Assembly (NCBI GenBank): GCA_944376825.1
Contig: CALWDY010000027.1
Span: forward strand, 29,583 to 93,582
Direction: 5' to 3'
From: an uncultured Clostridia bacterium
GTDB taxonomy: Bacteria > Bacillota > Clostridia > Christensenellales > UBA1242
Length of the DNA: 64,000 nucleotides
Shown here: in pieces, positions 48,122 through 61,339 of the stretch
Layout: every line of letters begins with the position of its first letter
How positions within the stretch are numbered: position 1 is the stretch's first letter
Made by a program: the position numbers and the translations under genes
Notes under the pieces: model-generated
What the model saw: the letters and a program-made list of their open reading frames with translations, nothing else
Databases searched by the model: none
Told to the model about the DNA's origin: nothing

Positions 48122-49162
48122 CTATATATTGTTGTTTATATATTTTGCTCTTAATTGACCACATGCACCATCTATATCTTCACCCATTGTTCTTCTTACA
48201 GTTGCTGATATATTATTAGATAAAAGTCTATCCATAAATGCATACGCTCTTTTCTTTGTTGTCCCCTTTAAACTTCTTTCTTTTACATCGTTTAAAGGAA
48301 TCAAATTTACATGACAACTCAATCCCCTCAATAGTTTACCAAGTTCATCTGCACAGTCAAAACAATCATTTACATTTTCAATTAAAGCATACTCAAAAAC
48401 TATTCTTCTTTTAGTTTTATTAAAATATCTTTTTGTTGCTTCAATCAACTCTTTAATTTTATATTTATTAGCAATAGGCATTGTTTGTTTTCTTATCTCA
48501 TCGTTTGACGCGTGAAGAGAAATTGTGAGTGTTATTTGTAAATTTTCATCTTTCAACATATCAATTTTTTCAACAAGTCCACATGTTGAAAGTGATATAT
48601 TTCTTTGACTTATATTAATACCCTTATCACACGAAACCATTTTTATAAATTTTACAACATTATCATAATTATCTAATGGTTCTCCACTTCCCATAAGAAC
48701 TATATTGGTAATTTTTCTATCTTGATATGTTCCTTTAAGTTCTTTATTAACGCAAAGCACTTGTGCCAATATTTCTCCACTAGTCAAATTTCTCACAAGC
48801 CCATTAAGTGTTGAAGCACAAAATTTGCACCCCATTCTACAACCAACCTGCGTTGATACACAAAGTGTATTTCCGTATTTGTAAGACATTAAAACACCTT
48901 CAATAATATTACCATCATAAAGTTTATACAAAAACTTTATTGTACCATCTTTTCCTGTTTGCTTTTTTATTATAGTTAATGGACAAAAGATATATTTTTC
49001 ACTTAAATTGGCAACAAAGGTTTTTGGCAAATTTGTGATTTCATTTGCATTTTTATAATTTTGCAATGCACTATAAAGTTGATTTGTTCTATATTTTGGC
49101 TGATTAAATGACAAAACGATATCATTTAATTCTTCAAAAGTATAATCTAATAAATTATCCAT
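48122..49162 (-). CDS. rlmN: 23S rRNA/tRNA adenine-C2 methyltransferase RlmN (radical SAM)
   Basis: CVSTQVGCRMGCKFCAS (CxxxCxxC), GMGEP-like MGSGEPLDN and a C-terminal GEDIDGACGQL. Confidence 0.93.
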   Translation of the reverse strand: MDNLLDYTFEELNDIVLSFNQPKYRTNQLYSALQNYKNANEITNLPKTFVANLSEKYIFCPLTIIKKQTGKDGTIKFLYKLYDGNIIEGVLMSYKYGNTLCVSTQVGCRMGCKFCASTLNGLVRNLTSGEILAQVLCVNKELKGTYQDRKITNIVLMGSGEPLDNYDNVVKFIKMVSCDKGINISQRNISLSTCGLVEKIDMLKDENLQITLTISLHASNDEIRKQTMPIANKYKIKELIEATKRYFNKTKRRIVFEYALIENVNDCFDCADELGKLLRGLSCHVNLIPLNDVKERSLKGTTKKRAYAFMDRLLSNNISATVRRTMGEDIDGACGQLRAKYINNNI

Positions 49163-50090
49163 TCACAACTATTCCCACTTCAATTTTCTTTCCATTTAAA
49201 TAACTTTTAGCCGTCATCCTTTTTGATGAAGGAGCTTGAAATTCCACAACTTCCACAGCACCATCAAAACATTTAATAATTAAGCCTTGTTTACTGTTTG
49301 CAACTAAAACTTCACCATTTTTAGCATTGTCATTTACTATGTTTGATTTTTTTAAAGAGAAAACCTTAAAGGTGTTTTCAAACAAATTAAATTTTGCTAT
49401 TGGACTTGGATTAAATGCCCTAACTTTGTTAATCAAATTTTCCATAGTATCGTTAAAATCAAGTTGTTCATCTTCTTTTTTTATGAGTTTTGTATATGTT
49501 GCATCTTCATTGTTTTGCGGAGTTTTTGTTATTGTTTTATTTTCAATTTTATCTAGTGCTTCAACAACCAAATCTCCACCAACTTTTGCAAGTTTCTCGG
49601 CAAGGGTTCCATATGTGTCATCATCTTTTATATCTACTTTTTTCGTTAATAAAATATCTCCCGTATCCATGCCAAGTTCTGTTTCCATTATGGTTATCCC
49701 GGTCTCTGTTTCGCCATTTAAAATTGCATATTGAATAGGAGATGCCCCACGATACTTTGGTAAAAGTGAGCCATGAACATTTATTATTTTATTTGGACAT
49801 ATATCAATTATTTCTTGGCTTAATAGTTGTCCATACGCAGCAGTTACCATTATATCAGCGTTTAAACTTTTAAGAATTTCAACGCCTTCCTTTTTTATTT
49901 TATCAAATTGATAACAAGGTATATTTAACTCGTTTGCCAAAACTTTTACTGGCGAAAACACAAGTTTGTTACCTCTACCAGAAATTTTATCAGGTTGACA
50001 TACAACAGCAACCACACTGTGTTTGGATTGCTCAATAGCCTTTAAACATGTTGCACCAAATTGTGGTGTACCCAAAAAAATTACTTTCAT
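49155..50090 (-). CDS. fmt: Methionyl-tRNA formyltransferase
   Basis: MKVIFLGTPQF, the INVHGSLLPKYRGASPIQ motif, and the position downstream of def. Confidence 0.95.
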   Translation of the reverse strand: MKVIFLGTPQFGATCLKAIEQSKHSVVAVVCQPDKISGRGNKLVFSPVKVLANELNIPCYQFDKIKKEGVEILKSLNADIMVTAAYGQLLSQEIIDICPNKIINVHGSLLPKYRGASPIQYAILNGETETGITIMETELGMDTGDILLTKKVDIKDDDTYGTLAEKLAKVGGDLVVEALDKIENKTITKTPQNNEDATYTKLIKKEDEQLDFNDTMENLINKVRAFNPSPIAKFNLFENTFKVFSLKKSNIVNDNAKNGEVLVANSKQGLIIKCFDGAVEVVEFQAPSSKRMTAKSYLNGKKIEVGIVVNG

Positions 50091-50098
50091 AATACTCC

Positions 50099-50539
50099 TT
50101 ATTTTATAGTCTTATCAATAAATAACACACCATTTAAGTGATCAATTTCGTGACAAAGACATCTTGCTAAATATTTTTCTCCTGTAATGGTAAACTCATA
50201 ACCGTACCTATCTTGCGCTTTTACAGTTACTTTCATAGGACGCTTTACTTTACCTCTAATTTTTCCACAACTCAAACAGCCTTCCTCTTCTATGTCAACG
50301 CCTTCACTTTTTAAAATAACAGGATTTACAAGTTCTAGTCTCATATTATTTACATCCATAACAACAATTCGCTTTAATATTCCAACTTGTGGCCCAGCAA
50401 GTCCCATACCATTAAATGCATACATGGTTTCCCACATATCATCTATTATATCTTCAAGTTTTTCATCAAAAACCTTAACCTCTTTTGATGTTTTTCTAAG
50501 CAAGTCATCTCCAACTTGCAACACTTCTCTAACTGCCAT
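50099..50539 (-). CDS. def: Peptide deformylase
   Basis: The three PDF motifs are present: GLAGPQVG, EGCLS and HEIDHLNG. Confidence 0.95.
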   Translation of the reverse strand: MAVREVLQVGDDLLRKTSKEVKVFDEKLEDIIDDMWETMYAFNGMGLAGPQVGILKRIVVMDVNNMRLELVNPVILKSEGVDIEEEGCLSCGKIRGKVKRPMKVTVKAQDRYGYEFTITGEKYLARCLCHEIDHLNGVLFIDKTIK

Positions 50540-50551
50540 ATCTTATTCCTT

Positions 50552-52747
50552 TTAACTTAAATTTTGAGGGTTAATTTCAACAAATACACTAACCTTTCCA
50601 TTTTTATATTTGTCGCATATATCGTATATTTTTTCTATGATATCGTCTTTGTTTTCATTTTTTATTCTTGCTAAAATTTGATATCTAATTTTGTTTTTTA
50701 TTTTGCCTATTGGACTTTTCATAACATCCAAATAAACAAAATCGTTTAATCTATCATCTCTTAACTTTCTTATGTCATTATAACACATTTTAGTGATTTC
50801 TCTAACAGTTTCGTCAACTTGTGATGTAAAAAGTAATCTTAAAATAGTGGTAAATGGTGGAAAATATGTTGTTTTTCTTAAATTTAGTTCCTTTGTAAAA
50901 AAACTTTTATAATCATAATTTGCTATAAACCTATAAGCATAATGCCTTGGTGCATATGTTTGAAGTATTACAAACCCCTCATCATTTGCTCTACCTGCAC
51001 GCCCACTCATTTGTGTGATAAGTTCAAAAGTCTTTTCTGTGCTTTTGTAGTCTGAATGGTATAAACTTTGGTCTGCATCAATAATTCCAACAAGCGTTAC
51101 ATCTTTAAAGTCGTGTCCTTTTGCAATCATTTGAGTTCCAACCAATATACCTGGTTTAGAATTTCCAAATTCTGTTAATATTTTTTGATAAGCATTTTTT
51201 GTTCGCGTTGTATCATTGTCCATTCTAAGTATATTAACATTAGGATATAGTTCTTTAAGTTTAGCTACAACTTGTTCTGTTCCTATTGCACCGTTTCTAA
51301 TGCTTTCACTTCCACACTCTGGACATTTTGTCAATGCCTTGTACCTTTTTCCGCAATAATGACATTTCAATTTGTTTTCACTTTTGTGATAAACCAGCGA
51401 AACATCACAATCTGTGCATTTTGCAATATACCCGCAATTGATGCACCTCATAAACGAACTATAACCTCGCCTGTTGATAAAAAACATTGCTTGATGCTTT
51501 TGCTTTATGCACTTATCAAGTTCGTTTAAAAGAACACTTGAAAACATTCCACTATTGCCATTTCTAAGTTCTGTAAGCATATCAACAATTTGAATTTTGG
51601 GCATTTTATTTCCATTTACCCTTTCCGGCAATTCAATGAGTTTATACTCGCCACAATTAGCCTTATTGAAAGATTCTATACTTGGAGTTGCACTTGCCAA
51701 TACCAACGAGCAATTATTAAATTCTCTTCTAAATTTTGCAATATCAAAAGTGTTGTATCTTGGATTGCTTTCACTTATATAACTTGTTTCATGCTCTTCG
51801 TCAATTATTATTGTTCCTATGTTTTCAAGTGGAGCAAAAATTGCCGATCTTGCACCTACTACAATTTTTGCTTTATTAAATAAAATCCTTTGCCATTCAT
51901 CAAAGCGTTCGCCAGCACTAAGCCCACTGTGAAGAATTGCAACTTCATTTCCAAATCTTGCCTTAAAATTTGAAAGGACTTGTGGAGTTAAAGAAATTTC
52001 AGGAACAAGCATTATTGCTGTTTTGCCATTTTTAATTACATCTTCAATAACACTCATATAAACTTCGGTTTTTCCGCTCCCTGTTACACCAAACAATAAA
52101 AATGTATCGTTTGAAGAGAGTATTGTGTTTATTGCTCTGTTTTGAAGTGGTGTGTGAACAACACTTGTTTTTTCTATCTTATTAAAATCTGGTTGCCTGT
52201 AATTTGTTTCTTTATATTCTATTAAAACATTATCATCAATTAATTTTTTTACTGTTTGTCTGGAAAATTGTTCAATTAATTTAGATTTTAAATAAACCTT
52301 GTCATCTTTAACAAAATCACACAGTGCTTGTTGATTTTTTGCATTTGCCCTAATAGAATTTTTATATTCACAAAAATCAATTTTGTTGTTTATTTTTACA
52401 TAATTAACAAAAAGTGGTTTAACGCTTTCGCTACGCATTTCACTAGGAATGAATAATCTAAGGCAATCGGCATACCTTAAATGATATTTTTTTACCATAA
52501 AACACATTAGTTTGATAAGCTCTTCTTTAATCACAACATAATCATCAACAAAACTTATAACTTTTTTCAATTTTGATTTTTCAACAGTTGTATTATCTTT
52601 TATATTTATTATAAATCCTTGAATAACACGGCTTCCAAAAGGGACAAGAACTCTCATTCCAACCTTGCCCATTTCATCTATTTCATAATCAAAAATTTTG
52701 TCCACCTGACTGTTTGTTATATCAACAATAACTTCTGCTATTCTCAT
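50552..52747 (-). CDS. priA: Primosomal replication restart helicase PriA
   Basis: MRIAEVIVD...FDY start, Walker A GVTGSGKTE, DEEH, and the Cys-rich zinc region C..C......C..C......H......L.CH.CG. The start is taken at 52747. Confidence 0.93.
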   Translation of the reverse strand: MRIAEVIVDITNSQVDKIFDYEIDEMGKVGMRVLVPFGSRVIQGFIINIKDNTTVEKSKLKKVISFVDDYVVIKEELIKLMCFMVKKYHLRYADCLRLFIPSEMRSESVKPLFVNYVKINNKIDFCEYKNSIRANAKNQQALCDFVKDDKVYLKSKLIEQFSRQTVKKLIDDNVLIEYKETNYRQPDFNKIEKTSVVHTPLQNRAINTILSSNDTFLLFGVTGSGKTEVYMSVIEDVIKNGKTAIMLVPEISLTPQVLSNFKARFGNEVAILHSGLSAGERFDEWQRILFNKAKIVVGARSAIFAPLENIGTIIIDEEHETSYISESNPRYNTFDIAKFRREFNNCSLVLASATPSIESFNKANCGEYKLIELPERVNGNKMPKIQIVDMLTELRNGNSGMFSSVLLNELDKCIKQKHQAMFFINRRGYSSFMRCINCGYIAKCTDCDVSLVYHKSENKLKCHYCGKRYKALTKCPECGSESIRNGAIGTEQVVAKLKELYPNVNILRMDNDTTRTKNAYQKILTEFGNSKPGILVGTQMIAKGHDFKDVTLVGIIDADQSLYHSDYKSTEKTFELITQMSGRAGRANDEGFVILQTYAPRHYAYRFIANYDYKSFFTKELNLRKTTYFPPFTTILRLLFTSQVDETVREITKMCYNDIRKLRDDRLNDFVYLDVMKSPIGKIKNKIRYQILARIKNENKDDIIEKIYDICDKYKNGKVSVFVEINPQNLS

Positions 52748-52783
52748 AAAACAAAACAATTCTACCACAAAATGGTAGAATTG
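52748..52783 (-). terminator. Perfect 11-bp hairpin plus U-tract between rpoZ and priA
   Basis: The minus strand reads CAATTCTACCA-TTTTG-TGGTAGAATTG followed by TTTTGTTTT. It ends at the priA start codon. Confidence 0.55.
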
Positions 52784-52806
52784 AAAAGTTAAAAAGATAC
52801 ATAAAT

Positions 52807-53013
52807 TTATTGATTTACACTATCGCTAGAAATAATTTCGCCATTATAAATTTCGTCAGCAGCAAGGCTTATTGCCTTTTTGTCACTTTTTTCAATTTCT
52901 GCTGGAATTCTTTTTTCAAGTTCTTTGGCTCTTTTTGCCATTACGCAACATAGTTTATATTTGTTTCCGCCTATTTTTTTTACCAATTCATCAATTGGTG
53001 GTTCAATCATCAT
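52807..53013 (-). CDS. rpoZ: DNA-directed RNA polymerase subunit omega
   Basis: 68 aa with MIEPPIDELV......KY.L....AKRAKEL. Confidence 0.85.
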   Translation of the reverse strand: MMIEPPIDELVKKIGGNKYKLCCVMAKRAKELEKRIPAEIEKSDKKAISLAADEIYNGEIISSDSVNQ

Positions 53014-53082
53014 AATAATACACCTCTTTTACAATATCGCTAAATAGTATAACACATATATTTTATTTTGTGAATAAAATTT

Positions 53083-57260
<4,178 letters not shown>

Positions 57261-57295
57261 AAAATTAGTATATCACAGTAAACTAACCATTGCAA

Positions 57296-57640
57296 TTAAT
57301 AAACTTCTTTTATTTTTTCATTTTCGTAAATTTGTTTTAGTTGTCTATATTTATCTGCCATTTTAAAAAAGTATCTTTCTTTTTGTTCATTTGAAAGTGT
57401 TTTATAATAATTAAAATCTATAAGTTCGCTAAGCGGATTTATTGAATCACTATTTATACTGTCTTTTACTTTTGCATACATATCCTTGTCTATATTGTTA
57501 GATATAGTAATTGTTTTTATATAATTTTCTCCGTTTCTCAAACAAGTAACATTTCCTTTTGTTATTAAACTAACATGTTTTCCTTGCAATCTGTCCTTTG
57601 CTTGTTTTGCCATTTGTTTTAATAATTCTCTACCGTTCAT
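57296..57640 (-). CDS. Hypothetical protein
   Basis: 114-aa ORF with an RBS-like GGAGAAAAAT upstream. I did not recognise a family. Confidence 0.5.
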   Translation of the reverse strand: MNGRELLKQMAKQAKDRLQGKHVSLITKGNVTCLRNGENYIKTITISNNIDKDMYAKVKDSINSDSINPLSELIDFNYYKTLSNEQKERYFFKMADKYRQLKQIYENEKIKEVY

Positions 57641-57754
57641 ATTTTTCTCCTTTTGTTACACAAAAAATTGTATAACTTTTTAATAAAAATAGTAAAATAA
57701 AAAATTTGCCTAATATTAACTTTAAAAGTCGAATATTTGAATGTTATGGTTTTA

Positions 57755-57790
57755 AATGCAAAATAATCTCACATTACTGTGAGATTATTT
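57755..57790 (-). terminator. Hairpin terminator after the U32 gene
   Basis: The minus strand reads AAATAATCTCACA-GTAA-TGTGAGATTATTT followed by TGCATTT. Confidence 0.5.
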
Positions 57791-57791
57791 A

Positions 57792-58988
57792 TCACTTTCT
57801 TAATATATCACCTTTTTTTAGGTTTAAATTTGTGTAAATATATAACTTTTGCTGAACATTTTTAGCATCTAAAACTTCTGCACCAACTTCATCTGTCATT
57901 TTATTTAATTTTATTTTTTTATTAAATGTATCGTTTGGCGATAATATCTCTAATTCGTCGCCTATTTTAAATCTATTTCTTTGTTCTATTAAAACCTTTT
58001 CACCATCTGCATCATCAATAACAACCGCCATAAATTCACTTGTTTGAACAGGCATTGAACTTGATAAACATTCTTTGTTATTTTCTCCCAAATAAAAACC
58101 CGTTGTGTATTGCCTATGACTTGTTTTATAAAGTTCATTTTTTAAAGATTCCATTTCTTCATTCGAAATGTTATCTTTTAAATTTAATGCTCGTCTATAA
58201 GCATTTACAACATTTGCAACATAATATGGAGATTTCATTCTCCCCTCAATTTTAAAACTCATTACCCCAGCACTTTCCAGTTCTTTTAAATGTTCTATCA
58301 TGTTAAGGTCTTTTGAATTTAGAATATATGTGCCTCTATCATCTTCTTGAATTTCGTATTTGTCACCATTTCTTGATTTTTCAGTTATTGTATACTCCCA
58401 TCTGCAACATTGTGCGCACGCCCCACGGTTTGAATCTCTGCCTGTTAAATAGTTTGAAAGCAAACATCTTCCACTATAAGAAATACACATCGCGCCATGA
58501 ACAAAACATTCTAATTCAATTTCGCTTGGTATGTTTGCTCTTATTTTTTTTATTTCTTCCAAATTAAGTTCCCTAGCAAGTACAATTCTTTTAACGCCCA
58601 GCTTTGCCATAAATTTTATTGCATAACTGTTTAAAATATTAGCCTGGGTGCTAACATGAATTGTAAGCGATGGTGCAAACTCCTTTATAAAATTTATAAT
58701 TCCCAAATCAGAAACAATAACGGCATCAACCTTTGCCATTTCAAGGTTCTTTAAGTATTCTTGCAAGCCATCAAAATCATCTTCATGAGCCAATATGTTT
58801 AATGTAACATAAACTTTCTTGCCCAAATTATGTGCATATTGTGTTGCTTTTAAAATTTCCTCATCGGTAAAATTGCCGGCAAAAGCTCTAAGCCCAAATT
58901 TTTTTCCAGCAAAATACACGGCATCTGCACCAAAATAAAAAGCAGTTTGCATTTTCTCAAAAGTTCCAGCAGGTGCAAGTAATTCCAT
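57792..58988 (-). CDS. Peptidase U32 family protein (Fe-S dependent hydroxylase-like)
   Basis: MELLAPAG......A...GADAVY......FG.R, E.FVHGA.C.SYSG.C.LS and GR.KS..YV are U32 signatures. Confidence 0.85.
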   Translation of the reverse strand: MELLAPAGTFEKMQTAFYFGADAVYFAGKKFGLRAFAGNFTDEEILKATQYAHNLGKKVYVTLNILAHEDDFDGLQEYLKNLEMAKVDAVIVSDLGIINFIKEFAPSLTIHVSTQANILNSYAIKFMAKLGVKRIVLARELNLEEIKKIRANIPSEIELECFVHGAMCISYSGRCLLSNYLTGRDSNRGACAQCCRWEYTITEKSRNGDKYEIQEDDRGTYILNSKDLNMIEHLKELESAGVMSFKIEGRMKSPYYVANVVNAYRRALNLKDNISNEEMESLKNELYKTSHRQYTTGFYLGENNKECLSSSMPVQTSEFMAVVIDDADGEKVLIEQRNRFKIGDELEILSPNDTFNKKIKLNKMTDEVGAEVLDAKNVQQKLYIYTNLNLKKGDILRK

Positions 58989-59044
58989 TGTGATATAATC
59001 CTCCTAAACCATTGTAGTATATCACAACCAAAAAACAAAAACAA

Positions 59045-59326
59045 TTATTTAATTTTAATTACTTTTTGATTTAAACCAATTCCCACAACTTGATATATTC
59101 CAGCAAATGTATCAAAATATCGTCTTGATAAAATTTGCTGTACATTTTTTATATACATACTAGAAAACTTAACTGAAATGCCACATGATACATTTACAAT
59201 TCTTGGAGTGTTGATTATTTGGCAAGGAATTTTGTACGATTGCAACAAATTAGCAAAATTTATTGTGTGCGACCTGGCCCTAAACACAATAATCATATAG
59301 TCCATAATCTTCTCCTTTGTAGTCAA
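59045..59326 (-). CDS. DUF3343-type putative sulfur/selenium carrier protein
   Basis: About 85-93 aa. The pattern IIVFRARSHTINFANLLQSYKIPCQIINTPRIVNVSCGISVKF is typical of DUF3343. It is divergent from a cysteine desulfurase gene. Confidence 0.6.
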   Translation of the reverse strand: MTTKEKIMDYMIIVFRARSHTINFANLLQSYKIPCQIINTPRIVNVSCGISVKFSSMYIKNVQQILSRRYFDTFAGIYQVVGIGLNQKVIKIK

Positions 59327-59383
59327 TTATTGATATTTTTTCATATCATATTATATTACTAAATAAAGAGAGAAAAAGTTAAT

Positions 59384-60514
59384 ATGATATATCTTGATAA
59401 CAGTGCAAGCACATATATAAAACCTAAGGAAGTAATTAACGCTACTATGTTAGGATTAACAAAATATTCAGCAAACCCCGGTAGAAGTGGCCATAAATTA
59501 AGTATGGACAGCGCTATTATGGTTGAAAAAGTTAGAGAAAAAGTTTGCAAGTTTGTAAATGCACCGCAGGCAGTTTTCACAGAAAATTGTACAGATGCTT
59601 TGAATCTTGCAATATTAGGAACATTTAAAGAAGACGGACATGTGATATGCACTATAAATGACCACAACGCAAGCGTAAGACCTCTTTTTGAATTACAAAA
59701 AAAATATGGACTTGAAATAAGCATTGCAAGTCCAAAAACTCCTGGGACAATTACCCTAGAAGACATAAAACAACATATAAAGCAAAACACATATTTAATT
59801 TGTGTAAATCACATGTCTAATGTTGATGGCGAAATAACAGATATAGAATCAATTGGCAACTATTGTAAAGAGCACAATATCATTTTTTTGGTTGATTGTG
59901 CTCAAAGTGCAGGACATATAAAAATAGACATGGAAAAAATGGGAATAAATTTTTTGGCACTTGCACCACACAAGGCTCTTTACAGTCCGCAAGGCGTTGG
60001 AGTTTTAGCATACAAAGAAAATTTCAAATTAAATCCCATAAGATTTGGCGGAACAGGAACAGAGAGCGAAAATGTTTATCAACCCTTAGGAACGGTTGAA
60101 ACTTACGAAAGCGGAACACTTCCAACCCCTAATATTTTAGGACTAGGAGCCGGAATTGACTTTGTAGAAAAAAATTTTAGCATTATAAACGAAAAAATTG
60201 ATGACCTTTCAACATACTTAAACTTTGAGCTTAGCAGTATTAATGGAGTTAAGGTTTACACTCACCCAAACAACTCTTTTGGTGTAATTGGTTTTAATAT
60301 ACACGACTTTGGTTCTACAGATGTAAGCCAAATTCTTAGTGATAAATACGGCATTTGCACTCGTGGTGGCTTGCATTGCGCAGGACTTAAACATAAATTT
60401 TTAGGAACGCTAAATCAAGGAATTGTAAGAGCGTCCTTATCATTTTTCAATAATTTTAGCGATTGTCAAAAACTTGTTAAAGCAGTTAAACACATCGCCA
60501 AGTCGGGCTACTAA
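59384..60514 (+). CDS. Class V aminotransferase-fold cysteine desulfurase family protein
   Basis: IYLDN.AST, NHMSNV.G, DCAQSAGH, the PLP lysine in APHKALY, and the active-site loop TRGGLHCAG. Confidence 0.85.
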   Translation: MIYLDNSASTYIKPKEVINATMLGLTKYSANPGRSGHKLSMDSAIMVEKVREKVCKFVNAPQAVFTENCTDALNLAILGTFKEDGHVICTINDHNASVRPLFELQKKYGLEISIASPKTPGTITLEDIKQHIKQNTYLICVNHMSNVDGEITDIESIGNYCKEHNIIFLVDCAQSAGHIKIDMEKMGINFLALAPHKALYSPQGVGVLAYKENFKLNPIRFGGTGTESENVYQPLGTVETYESGTLPTPNILGLGAGIDFVEKNFSIINEKIDDLSTYLNFELSSINGVKVYTHPNNSFGVIGFNIHDFGSTDVSQILSDKYGICTRGGLHCAGLKHKFLGTLNQGIVRASLSFFNNFSDCQKLVKAVKHIAKSGY

Positions 60515-60582
60515 AACAATGTTCTAATAAAAATATATTTATATTTTTTAGTTTATTCAAATTAAATTAAACATCAAAAGGT

Positions 60583-61326
60583 TTAATGTGACATAATTCT
60601 TTTTAAATATTCTTCTTTGCTTTGTTCTTTAACTGCCACACTAAAACCTAAATTTTTTGCTTTTGAAACCGTTTCATCACCATTAAAATGCATACAATAA
60701 ATTTGTTTTCTTAACTTTTCATCATAAATTTCGGCAAGTTTTTCCAAATTTATATGAAGTTCATTAATTTCATCACAGCAATCAGTATAAATCAAGTCAT
60801 TTACACCTAGTTTTTTTGCAAGTGATTTATGATATTTCTCATCATTGTTATCACCTAAATAATATATTTTACCATTGTCAAAAGTCATCTCAATTGCATA
60901 AGATTTTAAATTTTGACTGTGTTTAACTGACCTAAAATTAATTTTTAAAAGTGTTTCATTTAAAATCAAGTCAACATCGTTTACTAACTCATATATGTCC
61001 TGAGTTACCCCTTGCAAAAACAAGAAATTTATTATATCTTGTTTTTGTTCTTCATCTTCACTTGGAACAACAATTTTAGGAATTATATTTTTTTCTAAAT
61101 TTAAATAAGAAATTAAACTTGCTAGCCCACCTATATGGTCTGGATGCATATGCGTGATTGCAATATAAGCAGTGTCTACATCTTCAAATAAATTTAGTTC
61201 AAGCATTCTTTTAAAAGACATAACTCCACAGTCTATAATAAAAAGTTTGTTTTCTTGTTTTATGTACGCACTTGTATTTAATAACTCCTCATTTGCTAAA
61301 TTACCAATTCCAATAAATTTTAACAT
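60583..61326 (-). CDS. MBL-fold metallo-hydrolase
   Basis: ITHMHPDHIGG motif in an N-terminal beta-lactamase-fold context. Confidence 0.75.
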   Translation of the reverse strand: MLKFIGIGNLANEELLNTSAYIKQENKLFIIDCGVMSFKRMLELNLFEDVDTAYIAITHMHPDHIGGLASLISYLNLEKNIIPKIVVPSEDEEQKQDIINFLFLQGVTQDIYELVNDVDLILNETLLKINFRSVKHSQNLKSYAIEMTFDNGKIYYLGDNNDEKYHKSLAKKLGVNDLIYTDCCDEINELHINLEKLAEIYDEKLRKQIYCMHFNGDETVSKAKNLGFSVAVKEQSKEEYLKRIMSH

Positions 61327-61339
61327 TTTTATCTCCTTT

